The notes under the pieces were generated by a model that was not told the origin of the DNA, searched no databases, and saw nothing but the letters and a program-made list of their open reading frames with translations. The position numbers were made by a program, and so were the translations under genes. Positions 7,555 through 16,833 of a stretch of DNA of 37,506 nt are shown here, in pieces (positions within the stretch are counted from its first letter, which is position 1; each line of letters opens with the position of its first letter). Source of the DNA: a virus (Duplodnaviria; Caudoviricetes). The stretch is from positions 1-37,506 of IMG/VR virus record IMGVR_UViG_3300039918_000045; one strand, 5' to 3'.

Positions 7555-8055
7555 ATGAGCGAAGTAACGAAACCAGCGCGGACGCGCAGCCAGATCGGCA
7601 GGAGCAACAGAGCTAAGGGCCAGGTGGGTGAGCGGCAGATCGCGCGCATTCTCTGCGACTTGCTGGGGCTCGACATCCGCCGGCGCGTGCGTAACCACGC
7701 TGGCGAGTCGGACCTGACTGGCATGCATGGCTGGTCGATCGAAGTGAAGCACTGCCAGCGCCCGACGATTCGCGCCTGGTGGGAACAGACCGTCGCGCAG
7801 GCCAAGGACGGCGACATCCCGGTCCTGTTCTACCGGTTGCCGCGCCAAGACTGGCGGGCCGTCGTGCACGTGTCGACGTTCACCGGCGGCGAGGCGCCAG
7901 CGCACTTCGACTTCACGGTGGAGATGGGCGTGCAGGCGTTCGCGGAACTGTGGCGCGAGGTGGAGAGCAAACGAATTTTGGACCGGGCCCGTGCACAGCA
8001 CGTCGCGCAGTCCGAAAAGAACCTGGCCGTGATGGCTGGGCAGTCTGTGCAGTGA
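7555..8055 (+). CDS. PD-(D/E)XK Holliday junction resolvase-like nuclease
   Basis: RAKGQVGERQIA...SDL....WSIEVK...WWEQ...PVLFYR pattern of Hjc-like phage resolvases. Confidence 0.8.
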   Translation: MSEVTKPARTRSQIGRSNRAKGQVGERQIARILCDLLGLDIRRRVRNHAGESDLTGMHGWSIEVKHCQRPTIRAWWEQTVAQAKDGDIPVLFYRLPRQDWRAVVHVSTFTGGEAPAHFDFTVEMGVQAFAELWREVESKRILDRARAQHVAQSEKNLAVMAGQSVQ

Positions 8056-8079
8056 CTACAAAAAATACGCGAGGAATAG

Positions 8080-8472
8080 ATGAAGCTGAACAAGACAAAC
8101 CGAGAGGGATGGGGATTCGACCCCGCAAAGCTGCTGGCGATCATCGCATTGCGTGTCTGGATCGGCCTGCTGCGCATCGAGCGGGCCGCCCGCCTCGACG
8201 CCACTCTGACCACGTACGGCGCCTGCCCCGAGAAGCTGACCGCCGACCTTGTGCGCGAGGTGCTGGCCGACGTCGATACCGACATCGCCCGGGCGCAGGC
8301 GCGCGTCGAGACGTTGCGTGCCGACCGCCGCGAACCTGGCACGTCGCCGGTATGGCCGGTCTGGCTGCTAGCCGGCGGCCTGTTGCTGGTACTCATTGCG
8401 CTGCACGCCTGGTACAACACCGGCGCGCCCGCCGCCCAGAAGCCGCAAGCCATCGTGTGGAGGTACGCATGA
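8080..8472 (+). CDS. Hypothetical membrane protein
   Basis: RBS GAGGA. Transmembrane-like segment WPVWLLAGGLLLVLIALHAWY. Confidence 0.7.
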   Translation: MKLNKTNREGWGFDPAKLLAIIALRVWIGLLRIERAARLDATLTTYGACPEKLTADLVREVLADVDTDIARAQARVETLRADRREPGTSPVWPVWLLAGGLLLVLIALHAWYNTGAPAAQKPQAIVWRYA

Positions 8473-9968
8473 TGAAGCAAAGCATCCACGCGCTGATCGC
8501 CGGCGCGCTGTTCGATTTCATGGGGCACCTGACATGCCGTGAGGAGCGCCTTACGCTGTCGTCGCGGGATCTGGCGACGCCGGCGGTCGCAGCGCTCGGC
8601 GAATGGGCGAAGAAGCGCGGCCTCGACCTGAACGTGGCGGACGTGCCCGATTGGCACAATGCCCTCGTTGCCCCCTCGCTCCCAGCGGGGGATGGGCTGA
8701 CGGATGAGCGCCAGCTTGATCTGTACGACGAAATTGAATGCGACCTGCCTGCGCTATTTGGCCGCGCATCGCTTGAAGGCCACGAGTCGGGGCAGCGACT
8801 GGCAAAACAGGTGCAGGACAAAATGCGCGTCGCACGAGCGCAATATTCCGCCCCTGCTGCGTACATCCAAGGCGATCAACTAGCCCATGCACTCAAAGGC
8901 GCGCATTTGTGCAGGGTGGAGGCTAAGCACCGCGAAGGCTTCGGTATGGTGCCAATTTGGACCGCCCCTCGCCAGCCTGGGGAAATGGGCGCGAGGGTGC
9001 CGGATGGCTGGAAGCTGGTGCCTGTTGAGCCGACCGACGCAATGACGTTCGTTGGACAGAAGCACCGCTATGACTCCGCGTGGAGTATTGGCGCTATCTA
9101 CCGCGAAATGCTGGCTGCCGCCCCTCGCCAGCCTGGGGAAGTGGGCGCGGGGGTGCCGGAAGACGTGACGCCAGATTTGAACAGCAAAGGCGTACACGAG
9201 CCGACAGAGGGTATGTATCTATCTGCGGAAGATGTGAAATTCCTCGCTACGCGCCTGCGCCGACTGTTTGCCCACTTCGATTACCAGCTTCCGAAGTTTG
9301 CCGAAGATAGTCGTCATCTGATTGGTATTGCGCCGTCATGTATTGGTGCTGTGTTGGCGAACTCCGCCGCATCGGCGCAGCAGGATGAGCGCGAGGCGCA
9401 AATGCGCGATGCCGCTATGCGAACTGTTCAAGCTATGGGCTATACGTACTCTGGCGGTGATCGCTGGCGTCCGCAGATTTTCGGCCAGCAGGTACAGGCC
9501 GATGCGGGGGCGGTGGACACGTTTGCCCGTGCCAAGGCCATTGTTGAAACGTGGCCGGGGTGGAAGCGGGAATTCACGCTGACACCTTATAGCCCTGCAG
9601 CAGAGAGCGACAAGAGGGATACGGTAGCGAAGATGACTGAAGGCGCGGCATTTCAGCAATGGGCATGCGCTACCGGCTGGAGCGAAAACGCGATTGGCTA
9701 CAGCGGGGCTCGGGAAGTGTGGGCACGTGCCTGTGAATGGCAACGATCCCAACAGGTCACGGAGGACAGCGCCATGCTGGACTGGCTCGTGCAGCATGAA
9801 GCGTGGATTGCGTGGGGTCAAGACGGCGAAACATGTCGCGTATTTCACCGCGATGACGATGGTGATGCGCTGCCGTTCATGGGTTGGAAATGCCCACGGT
9901 TCGACAACGCTCGTGACGCTATCCGCGCCGCCATGTCCCGCGAGCAGTCGGGAGGGGATCGTGGCTGA
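8469..9968 (+). CDS. Mosaic multi-module hypothetical protein (Ea22/DUF551-like patchwork)
   Basis: GGAGG and ATGA coupling at 8469. Contains module VPDGWKLVPVEPT..M...YREMLAAAP, lower-GC internal modules and linker repeats. Confidence 0.7.
   Translation: MMKQSIHALIAGALFDFMGHLTCREERLTLSSRDLATPAVAALGEWAKKRGLDLNVADVPDWHNALVAPSLPAGDGLTDERQLDLYDEIECDLPALFGRASLEGHESGQRLAKQVQDKMRVARAQYSAPAAYIQGDQLAHALKGAHLCRVEAKHREGFGMVPIWTAPRQPGEMGARVPDGWKLVPVEPTDAMTFVGQKHRYDSAWSIGAIYREMLAAAPRQPGEVGAGVPEDVTPDLNSKGVHEPTEGMYLSAEDVKFLATRLRRLFAHFDYQLPKFAEDSRHLIGIAPSCIGAVLANSAASAQQDEREAQMRDAAMRTVQAMGYTYSGGDRWRPQIFGQQVQADAGAVDTFARAKAIVETWPGWKREFTLTPYSPAAESDKRDTVAKMTEGAAFQQWACATGWSENAIGYSGAREVWARACEWQRSQQVTEDSAMLDWLVQHEAWIAWGQDGETCRVFHRDDDGDALPFMGWKCPRFDNARDAIRAAMSREQSGGDRG
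8962..9160 (+). repeat. 43-bp direct repeat pair flanking an in-frame module
   Basis: 8962-9004 and 9118-9160 differ at 2 positions. Period is 156 nt (52 codons). Confidence 0.9.
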
Positions 9969-10216
9969 CTTCGACTTTACCTTTGAGGAGCCGCCAGAAT
10001 CGACTCGGAAAGCCCTCGACGCGGCTTGGGAACGGATGCGCGCCATCAAGATTGAGTCCGGTCATGCAGACCGATACAAGTGTGTGCGTGATGGATTTTG
10101 GTGGCGCATCAAGAGAACGGATGGTTCTCCAATTGCAGCGCGCATTCGGGGAAGGAATCTACGTCGCGTGTCGGCCAGACGCGGAGCGCGCCAGCACAGA
10201 GGGAGAAACAGAATGA
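9961..10216 (+). pseudogene. Probable frameshifted small gene, now read-through-fused to the next ORF
   Basis: Starts at GTG 9961 after GGAGGGG. After WWRIK the frame becomes Arg-rich and junk-like, while another frame (ERMVLQLQRAFGEGIYVA...) ends at TGA 10216, coupled to the next ATG. Confidence 0.45.
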
Positions 10217-10476
10217 GCGAGAAGCTGATCCCGACATGGAAAGAGCGCCTTGCGCACTTGGACAAGCCAACCGACTTCGCTGAAGCTCAGGCCGCGAAAA
10301 TGGAAGCCGCCGAACTTCGCCGATACATCCGCGAACTGGAGAGCGCCAGACAGCCTGGGGGCGGCGAGGCTGTGGCAAAGATCGTCGGTGTCGATGAATA
10401 CGGGCCACAGATTCAGTGGTCGAAGCATTGGGTCGAACTGAACGGCCGCACGCTTTACGTGAAGGACGAGCAATGA
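10213..10476 (+). CDS. Hypothetical protein (MSEKLIPTWKERL...)
   Basis: RBS GAGGGAG and ATGA coupling. Contains the RQPG linker also seen in the mosaic gene. Confidence 0.7.
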   Translation: MSEKLIPTWKERLAHLDKPTDFAEAQAAKMEAAELRRYIRELESARQPGGGEAVAKIVGVDEYGPQIQWSKHWVELNGRTLYVKDEQ

Positions 10477-10736
10477 TCGAGCAAATCGCAATCGGCCTGT
10501 TCGGCGTGACAGCCATCTTTCTCAGCCAAGACAACCGTTCTGACTGGCGCCGCTGGGCCTGCGTTTTCGGCCTGATCGGGCAACCGTTTTGGTTCATGGC
10601 TGCCATCAAGGCGCAACAGTGGGGAATCCTCGCGCTGTGTTGCCTGTACACCATATCGTGGGCACGCGGCGTCTACACCAACTGGCTCGCCGCCCCGTCT
10701 GCGGGGAATGGCGGGGCGGAGGGGGAAACGCTATGA
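10473..10736 (+). CDS. Small three-helix membrane protein (PnuC-like fragment)
   Basis: Three hydrophobic segments, with GLIGQPFW and QQWG motifs. Confidence 0.7.
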   Translation: MIEQIAIGLFGVTAIFLSQDNRSDWRRWACVFGLIGQPFWFMAAIKAQQWGILALCCLYTISWARGVYTNWLAAPSAGNGGAEGETL

Positions 10737-10930
10737 CTGCCACGATCCACAAGCTGAAGATCGCGCCGTTGCTACCCGATCACCTGGCGGTGCGTAGTCC
10801 GCTGGTGCATTCCTGCGGCAGTCTCAATTTCAACCTGACTAAAGAGGGCGATGTGTTCTGTGCCAAGTGCAGCGCGTCCGTCGAGAGCGTTGTTGTGTCG
10901 GATCGTGCGGCACCGGAGGTAGTGGTATGA
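10733..10930 (+). CDS. Small zinc-ribbon-like protein
   Basis: HSCGS...CAKC motif, ATGA coupling. Confidence 0.65.
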   Translation: MTATIHKLKIAPLLPDHLAVRSPLVHSCGSLNFNLTKEGDVFCAKCSASVESVVVSDRAAPEVVV

Positions 10931-11124
10931 CCAGCGCAGGACAGAAACTTATGTTCGCCGCCGCCTTCGCGCTGGCTGCTGCCTCGGCTTCTACGGTGCC
11001 CGCTGCGACGCCAGGCTACGGCCGCCAGACTCCGGGTGCCGGCGTGAAGCCGAACCCGGCCAAGGGCAAGCGCCGCGCCGCCAACAAGGCCGCTCGCAAG
11101 GCACGCAAGCAGGGGAGGAAATAG
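10927..11124 (+). CDS. Small basic protein with hydrophobic N-terminus
   Basis: GGAGG RBS and ATGA coupling. Ends KRRAANKAARKARKQGRK. Confidence 0.65.
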   Translation: MTSAGQKLMFAAAFALAAASASTVPAATPGYGRQTPGAGVKPNPAKGKRRAANKAARKARKQGRK

Positions 11125-11128
11125 GTTC

Positions 11129-11677
11129 ATGGCAAAGGCGGGCGCACTTACCCCGAAGCAGGAGCGATTCGTCGCCGAATACCTGATCGACCTGAACGCC
11201 ACGCAGGCGGCGATCCGGGCGGGCTACAGCGCGAAGACGGCGCAGGAGCAGGGTAGCCGTCTGCTATCGAATGTTATGGTCGCAAGTGCCGTGCAAGGCG
11301 CGATCGACGCGCGTGCCAAGCGCACTGAGATCACGGCTGATCGTGTGCTAAAGGAGCTTGCCCGCCTGGCGTTTTTCGACATTCGGAAGATCTACAACGC
11401 CGATGGCAGCCTGAAGAATCCAGCCGAGTTGGATGACGACGCGGCTGCCGCGCTCGCTGGCATTGATGTAGTCGAGATGCAGGGCGGCGCCGAGTTCGAC
11501 GAGGACGGCGAGATGAAGCACGTGCCGATGTTCACCAAGAAGGCCAAGACGTTCGACAAGAAGGGCGCGCTTGAACTGGCGATGCGCCATCTGGGCATGC
11601 TGAAGGACAAGACTGAGGTCTCCGGCCCGGGCGGTGGCGCGATCCCTGTGTTGAATCTGCGTATCGGAAAGAAATGA
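11129..11677 (+). CDS. terS: Terminase small subunit
   Basis: LTPKQERFVAEYLIDLNATQAAIRAGYSAKTA...DKKGALELAMRHLGM. Confidence 0.96.
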   Translation: MAKAGALTPKQERFVAEYLIDLNATQAAIRAGYSAKTAQEQGSRLLSNVMVASAVQGAIDARAKRTEITADRVLKELARLAFFDIRKIYNADGSLKNPAELDDDAAAALAGIDVVEMQGGAEFDEDGEMKHVPMFTKKAKTFDKKGALELAMRHLGMLKDKTEVSGPGGGAIPVLNLRIGKK

Positions 11678-11796
11678 TGCTATCCATTCTCGAATTCATC
11701 TTCAGCAGCTTTTGGCACTGGCTCGGCACGTTGCTGCTGGTGGCAGTTGCTGGCACCTCCATCGGCTCAGTATTCGCCGCACTGCGAGGCAAATGA
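11674..11796 (+). CDS. 40-aa membrane peptide MMLSILEFIFSSFWHWLGTLLLVAVAGTSIGSVFAALRGK
   Basis: ATGA overlaps at both ends (terS stop and terL start), hydrophobic. Not in the ORF track. Confidence 0.7.
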   Translation: MMLSILEFIFSSFWHWLGTLLLVAVAGTSIGSVFAALRGK

Positions 11797-13229
11797 CGCT
11801 CGAAGCCGCGCTCGACATCGACCTGCACCCGAAGCAGGGCGTCGCCTTCGAGAGCCAGGCGACCGAGATCCTGTACGGTGGCGCTGCCGGCGGCGGAAAG
11901 TCGTTCTTCATGCGTGCCGCTGCGATCATCTGGTGCGCCATGATTCCCGGCCTGCAGGTCTATCTGTTCCGCCGCACCTACGACGACCTGATCAAGAACC
12001 ACATCGAGGGGTCGAGCGGCTTCCGCGTGATGCTCGCGCCGTGGGAAGCCGCAGGGCTGGTGAAGATCGTCGAGACTGAAATCCGATTTTGGAACGGCGC
12101 GAAGATTTACCTGTGCCACTGCGAGCACGAGAAGCACCGCTTCAAGTATCAGGGCGCCGAGATCCATGTGCTGCTGATCGACGAACTGACACTGTTCACC
12201 GAGATTATTTATCGCTTTCTGCGCACGCGCGTGCGGATGACGTCGATCGTGGTGCCCGAGCAGTTTGCCGGCGCCTTCCCGCGCATCCTGTGCGGCAGCA
12301 ATCCTGGCAACGTCGGGCACGCGTGGGTGAAGTCCACTTTCGTGCAGGACGGCGACGAGAAAGTCACGCCGCTTGCCATCCGCCAGATGCCGCCCGAGGA
12401 AGGGGGCATGCGCCGCCAGTACATTCCGGCCACGCTCGACGACAACCCGACGATGGCCGTGGACGACCCGACGTACCGGGACCGGCTGCGCGGCCTGGGC
12501 AATGCCGCCATGGTGAAGGCGTTCGAACGCGGCGACTGGGATGCCGTTGTCGGTTCGTTCCTCGAAGGCATTTGGGATGACGACGAGGTGATCGTCGATC
12601 CGTTCCCGATCCCGGCGACGTGGAAGGTTTGGCGCGCCATGGATTGGGGATTCGCGAAGCCATACGCGATCTACTGGCTTGCGCTGGACCAGGACGGCGT
12701 CTATTACGTGTGGCGCGAGTTGTACGGCTATGGCGGCAAGGCGGACGTTGGCACGCGAGAGGACGCCACCGCAGTCGCGAAGAAGGTCAAGAAGCTCGAG
12801 GAGCACGATGAGCGTATGGGTTACGAGTACCGGTATAACCCGGCTGACTCGGCCATCTTCGCCGAGCAAGGGCACGAGAAGACCGTCGGAAAGATGTTCC
12901 GCGACGAGGGCATAAAGTGGGTCGAGTGCTTTAAAGGGAAACGGTCTCGCGCCAACGGCGCGCAAGAAATCGTCGCGCTGTTGAAGGCTGGAAAGCTGAA
13001 GGTCTTCCGAACCTGCAAACACCTCATCCGGACCGTGCCGGCATTGATGCCGAACGAGAACGACCCGGAAGATGTGAACACGAAGATGGAGGATCACGCA
13101 TGGGACGCCCTTCGGTATGGCGTGCAGTCGCGTCGCCGCCCGCCAGATGAAGAACAAAAATCCGACGAGGAGGGCAGCGACGTCGATACTTCCGACGGTA
13201 CCCATCGCATGCACGCACGCACAGCCTAA
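11793..13229 (+). CDS. terL: Terminase large subunit
   Basis: Walker A GGAAGGGKS, Walker B LLIDE, SNPG, nuclease MDWG and DHAWDALRY. Start at ATG 11793 after GAGG. Confidence 0.96.
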   Translation: MTLEAALDIDLHPKQGVAFESQATEILYGGAAGGGKSFFMRAAAIIWCAMIPGLQVYLFRRTYDDLIKNHIEGSSGFRVMLAPWEAAGLVKIVETEIRFWNGAKIYLCHCEHEKHRFKYQGAEIHVLLIDELTLFTEIIYRFLRTRVRMTSIVVPEQFAGAFPRILCGSNPGNVGHAWVKSTFVQDGDEKVTPLAIRQMPPEEGGMRRQYIPATLDDNPTMAVDDPTYRDRLRGLGNAAMVKAFERGDWDAVVGSFLEGIWDDDEVIVDPFPIPATWKVWRAMDWGFAKPYAIYWLALDQDGVYYVWRELYGYGGKADVGTREDATAVAKKVKKLEEHDERMGYEYRYNPADSAIFAEQGHEKTVGKMFRDEGIKWVECFKGKRSRANGAQEIVALLKAGKLKVFRTCKHLIRTVPALMPNENDPEDVNTKMEDHAWDALRYGVQSRRRPPDEEQKSDEEGSDVDTSDGTHRMHARTA

Positions 13230-15226
13230 TGAATATGCAAATGCAGCCAGAACAAACGCCCGCACCCGCCATGCAGATCGGCGCAGGGGAGGCTGCGACC
13301 GCCTCAGGCGAGGAGGCAAAGTACAAGCCGGAGCCCGAGGCGGACGAACTTGCGAAGAAGTGGAACGCCCGGATCGCCGGCGCGCGCAAGCATTGGGAAA
13401 AGTTTCACAAGCGCGTCAAGCACAACCGCAAGACCGTGGCGGGGTTCGATTGGAACAAGGACCCCGATAGCGACGATTTCTACAAGCTGCGCGCCAACCT
13501 GATCCACGGCACGATCACGGCGATCCTGCCGAACATCTACGCGCGCAACCCGGAGATGTCTGTCACTGGCCTGCACAAGGGCAAGCCGCTGAAACAGTTC
13601 TGCGAGACGCTGCAGACCGTCACGAATCGCGAGTTGGTACGCGCCAGGCTGAAGACCCGCGCGAAGTCGACCGTCCGCGCGGCTCTGACCGTGTCCTTCG
13701 GCGTCGTGAAGGTCATGTACCAGCGCGACATCAAGAAGGACCCGTTGATCGTCGCCCGCATCAACGACACGCAAGACAACATTCAGCGCGTCGAGAAACT
13801 GATCATGGACCTGAAAGACGAGCAGCAGCGCTCTGATCAGGAAGCCACGAAGGCCGAACTGCAGGAGACGATGCGCGCGCTTCAGGAAAAGGTCGAAGTC
13901 ACCGCAGCCGAGGGGCTTGTGATCGATCGTGTCCTGACCGACCAGCTTCTGCTCGACCCGACGCTCGCCGAACTGCAGGATTACTACGACAGCGACTGGA
14001 TGGCGCAGGTCATCCCCATGAAGAAGTCGCTCGCCGAGGCGCAGTATCGCTACAAACTGGACGGGGCGAAGCGCTATCGCGACGTCACGACGGCTGCGCG
14101 CGGGGACAGCAATCGCATTCTGTCCGGCGGCGAGGATAAGGCCAACGACGACGACGACTGCCAGATTGCCATTATCGAGATCTGGGACAAGCGCAGCCAG
14201 ACCGTGTACACCATGGCCGAGGGCTGCAACTGGTGGTTGCGAGAGCCGTACAGCCCGCCCAAAGCCGGCGAGCGCTGGTACCCATTCTTCATCCTGCCGT
14301 TCCAACTGGTCGATGGCGAGGTAATCGGCCCGTCGCTGGTCGATCTGACCGAGAAGCTGCAGGGCGAACACAACAAGGCGCGCGACAAGTTCAACGAGCA
14401 CCGCGAGCTTTGCGAACCCGGCTGGATCGCTGGCGACGACATCAACGAGAAGACCGTAAAGCGATACCGTGATGCGACGCTGGGCGAGATCACGATTGTG
14501 GGTACCGACGGCAAGCCGCTGAATCAGGTCATTATCCCGAAGCAGCATCCGCCAATCGACCCGCAGGTGTACGACACGTCGGCCGTCCGCTTCGACTGGG
14601 AGCAGGTCACAGGCATGCAAGATGCCGCGCGCTCGACTGTGGTGCAGGCGAAGACCGCGACCGAGGCCAACATCCAGCAGCAGGCGCTCTCCGGTCGCGT
14701 GAGCGAGTTCCGCGACCAAGTCGAGGACTTCCTGCAGGACATCAGCCAATACGCCGCGCAAATCCTGATCATGGAACTGACGCCGCAGCAGGTTGAACGC
14801 ATCATGGGCGGCCCGACCATGCAGACAGTGCCGTCCCCTGTGCCGGGCATGCCGGCAGTGGAGGTATTGGTGCCGTCGTTCGACTGGCCGGAACTGACGC
14901 GCGACCAGGTCTTCGAGATGATCGAATTGCGCATTCGCGCCGGCACGACAGGGGAGCCGAACCAGATCGAGCAGCAAGAGGTCTGGATCAAGATGATGCC
15001 GGTGATTCAGCCGCTAGTGCTCCAGATCATGCAGGTCAAGGCCACCGGCCAAGACGCTGGCCCGCTGGAGGCGCTGCTGCGCGAGACCATCACCCGCTTC
15101 GACGAAAAACTCGACTGGGAACAATTCATTCCGAAATCACCGGCCGCGCCGCCCTTAATGCCTGCCATGCAGCCCGGCGCCGGCGTGCCCACATCCGCAC
15201 CAGCAGTACAACCCCAAGGAGCTTGA
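13229..15226 (+). CDS. Portal protein
   Basis: 665 aa directly after terL. IIEIWDK and KTATEA motifs, Pro/Gln-rich tail. Confidence 0.88.
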   Translation: MNMQMQPEQTPAPAMQIGAGEAATASGEEAKYKPEPEADELAKKWNARIAGARKHWEKFHKRVKHNRKTVAGFDWNKDPDSDDFYKLRANLIHGTITAILPNIYARNPEMSVTGLHKGKPLKQFCETLQTVTNRELVRARLKTRAKSTVRAALTVSFGVVKVMYQRDIKKDPLIVARINDTQDNIQRVEKLIMDLKDEQQRSDQEATKAELQETMRALQEKVEVTAAEGLVIDRVLTDQLLLDPTLAELQDYYDSDWMAQVIPMKKSLAEAQYRYKLDGAKRYRDVTTAARGDSNRILSGGEDKANDDDDCQIAIIEIWDKRSQTVYTMAEGCNWWLREPYSPPKAGERWYPFFILPFQLVDGEVIGPSLVDLTEKLQGEHNKARDKFNEHRELCEPGWIAGDDINEKTVKRYRDATLGEITIVGTDGKPLNQVIIPKQHPPIDPQVYDTSAVRFDWEQVTGMQDAARSTVVQAKTATEANIQQQALSGRVSEFRDQVEDFLQDISQYAAQILIMELTPQQVERIMGGPTMQTVPSPVPGMPAVEVLVPSFDWPELTRDQVFEMIELRIRAGTTGEPNQIEQQEVWIKMMPVIQPLVLQIMQVKATGQDAGPLEALLRETITRFDEKLDWEQFIPKSPAAPPLMPAMQPGAGVPTSAPAVQPQGA

Positions 15227-15229
15227 TAG

Positions 15230-16357
15230 ATGTCCGATCGCGAGGATTTCCTGAACAGCATGAGCCCGGACACCGGGCCGACCGACGCGCCGGAGCCGCA
15301 GGAGGCGCCGGACGTCATTGTCCCGAACGAATCGGGCGATGGTGATACGCCGGCCGCTGCATCGCCGACCGAAGTCGATCCACTGGCGAGCACAAAGTCA
15401 TTCCTCGACAGCCTGACCAATCCGGATCCGAACGCAGCGCCCGCCGCGGCACCGGTCCCCGCGGCGGCTGGCGCGCCGTCGGATCAGCCCGGCACGCCCG
15501 CAGCGGCAGCGCCCGGCACACCGCCCGCAGACGCTGCGCAAAAAACGCCGGAGCAGGAGGAGGCGGAACTGCTGGAGGGCGTGAAGTCCGAGCGCGGCAA
15601 GGAGCGAATTCGCGAGAAGCTGGCCGAGCTGCGCACCACATCCGAAGAACTGGACGCAACGAAGTCGGACCTGACCGAGTTTCGGACGATGGTCCTCGAG
15701 GCGTATCAGGATCCCAACGACTTTGCCCGCGCGCTGGAATTCGGCCGCCTCGTGGCCGCCGGCGACGACAACAGCCTGAGCACCGCGCTCGCCATGCTGG
15801 ATGAGCAGCGCAACGCGATCGCCTTGCGGCTGGGCGTGGATGTCGCCGGTGTCGACCAGCTTGCCGATTTCCCTGAGTTGAAGCAGGCGGTCGACAATAT
15901 GGAGATCACGCGCGAGTACGCGGTGAAACTCGCCAAGGGCCAGCGGCAGGAGCGCATGCAGACGCAGCAGCGCCAGGCCGCGCAGCAACAGCAGCAGGAG
16001 GTCGAGCAGTCGCGGCGCGAGTATGAGGCGCAAATCACTGGGCTGACCGACCAGGCGACCAAGTATTTCAGCACCCGCGCGCATGAAGTCGACTATGCGG
16101 CGAAGATGGAGGCGATCAAGGCGCACTTCAGCAAGCCCGGCGAGATCGAGAAGTTCGTGCAGACCTTTCAGCCGAACCAGTGGCTCGCGCAATTCCAGTT
16201 CATGTACGACAACGTTCGTACAGCGCCGGCGGCGCGCGCCAGCGCACACCAGCAACCGCTGCGCGCCCGTTCGGTGATGTCCGGCGCGCCGGCGACCAAC
16301 CCGAACGCTTCCAGCGTCGACCGCATGGCGTCGATTCTGGACGGCATGGGCATCTAA
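15230..16357 (+). CDS. Head scaffolding protein (putative)
   Basis: Acidic, Pro/Ala-rich N-terminus plus coiled coil, located between portal and capsid. Confidence 0.7.
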   Translation: MSDREDFLNSMSPDTGPTDAPEPQEAPDVIVPNESGDGDTPAAASPTEVDPLASTKSFLDSLTNPDPNAAPAAAPVPAAAGAPSDQPGTPAAAAPGTPPADAAQKTPEQEEAELLEGVKSERGKERIREKLAELRTTSEELDATKSDLTEFRTMVLEAYQDPNDFARALEFGRLVAAGDDNSLSTALAMLDEQRNAIALRLGVDVAGVDQLADFPELKQAVDNMEITREYAVKLAKGQRQERMQTQQRQAAQQQQQEVEQSRREYEAQITGLTDQATKYFSTRAHEVDYAAKMEAIKAHFSKPGEIEKFVQTFQPNQWLAQFQFMYDNVRTAPAARASAHQQPLRARSVMSGAPATNPNASSVDRMASILDGMGI

Positions 16358-16392
16358 GCAACGGGCCGCACGGTCCATTCACGAGGAATAGC

Positions 16393-16833
16393 ATGCATAC
16401 CAAGTACAGCGCTGCGCCCGCAACGGACGCCAGCATCGAAGCCGAGATCGTCGCCAAGGGCAAGACTGCGCCGCGGGTCACGCCGGACGACGTCGAGGCA
16501 AACATCGCCGCCGAGCACTTCTTCACCGCCTCGCACGGTGTCGAAGGCGCTATCGCTCGCGGCGAGTGTTGGGCCACGGTGAAGGAAGTCGACACACTGG
16601 CCGGCGAGCGTGCCGTTGTGCCGCCGCTCCACTTGCTGACCTTCTGCGTTCTGACGCTGCGCAATGGCTTCACGGTGACGGGTGAATCGGCATGCGCCAG
16701 CCCGGAAAATTACGACGCCGAGATCGGTCGAAAGATCGCGCGGCAGAACGCAGTCGCCAAGATTTGGCCCCTGATGGGCTATGGCCTGCGCTCGCAGTTG
16801 GCCGCTGAGGCGCAACAGTTTGTCCCTGTGTAG
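16393..16833 (+). CDS. N4 Gp49/Sf6 gp66 family protein (candidate Acb4-like nucleotide sponge)
   Basis: APRVTP, LTFCVLTLRNGFTVTGESACASPENYDAEIGRKIARQNAVAKIWPLMGY family signature. RBS GAGGA. Confidence 0.85.
   Translation: MHTKYSAAPATDASIEAEIVAKGKTAPRVTPDDVEANIAAEHFFTASHGVEGAIARGECWATVKEVDTLAGERAVVPPLHLLTFCVLTLRNGFTVTGESACASPENYDAEIGRKIARQNAVAKIWPLMGYGLRSQLAAEAQQFVPV

Noticed and set aside
7779-8468. N-terminal extension giving a 729-aa ORF
   Set aside because: Overlaps two better-supported genes and is Arg/Gly junk-like. RBS and ATGA coupling support a start at 8469.
11532-14977. Long minus-strand ORFs opposite terL and portal (and similar ones elsewhere)
   Set aside because: Antisense shadows expected from high GC3 codon bias, with no RBS or recognisable motifs.
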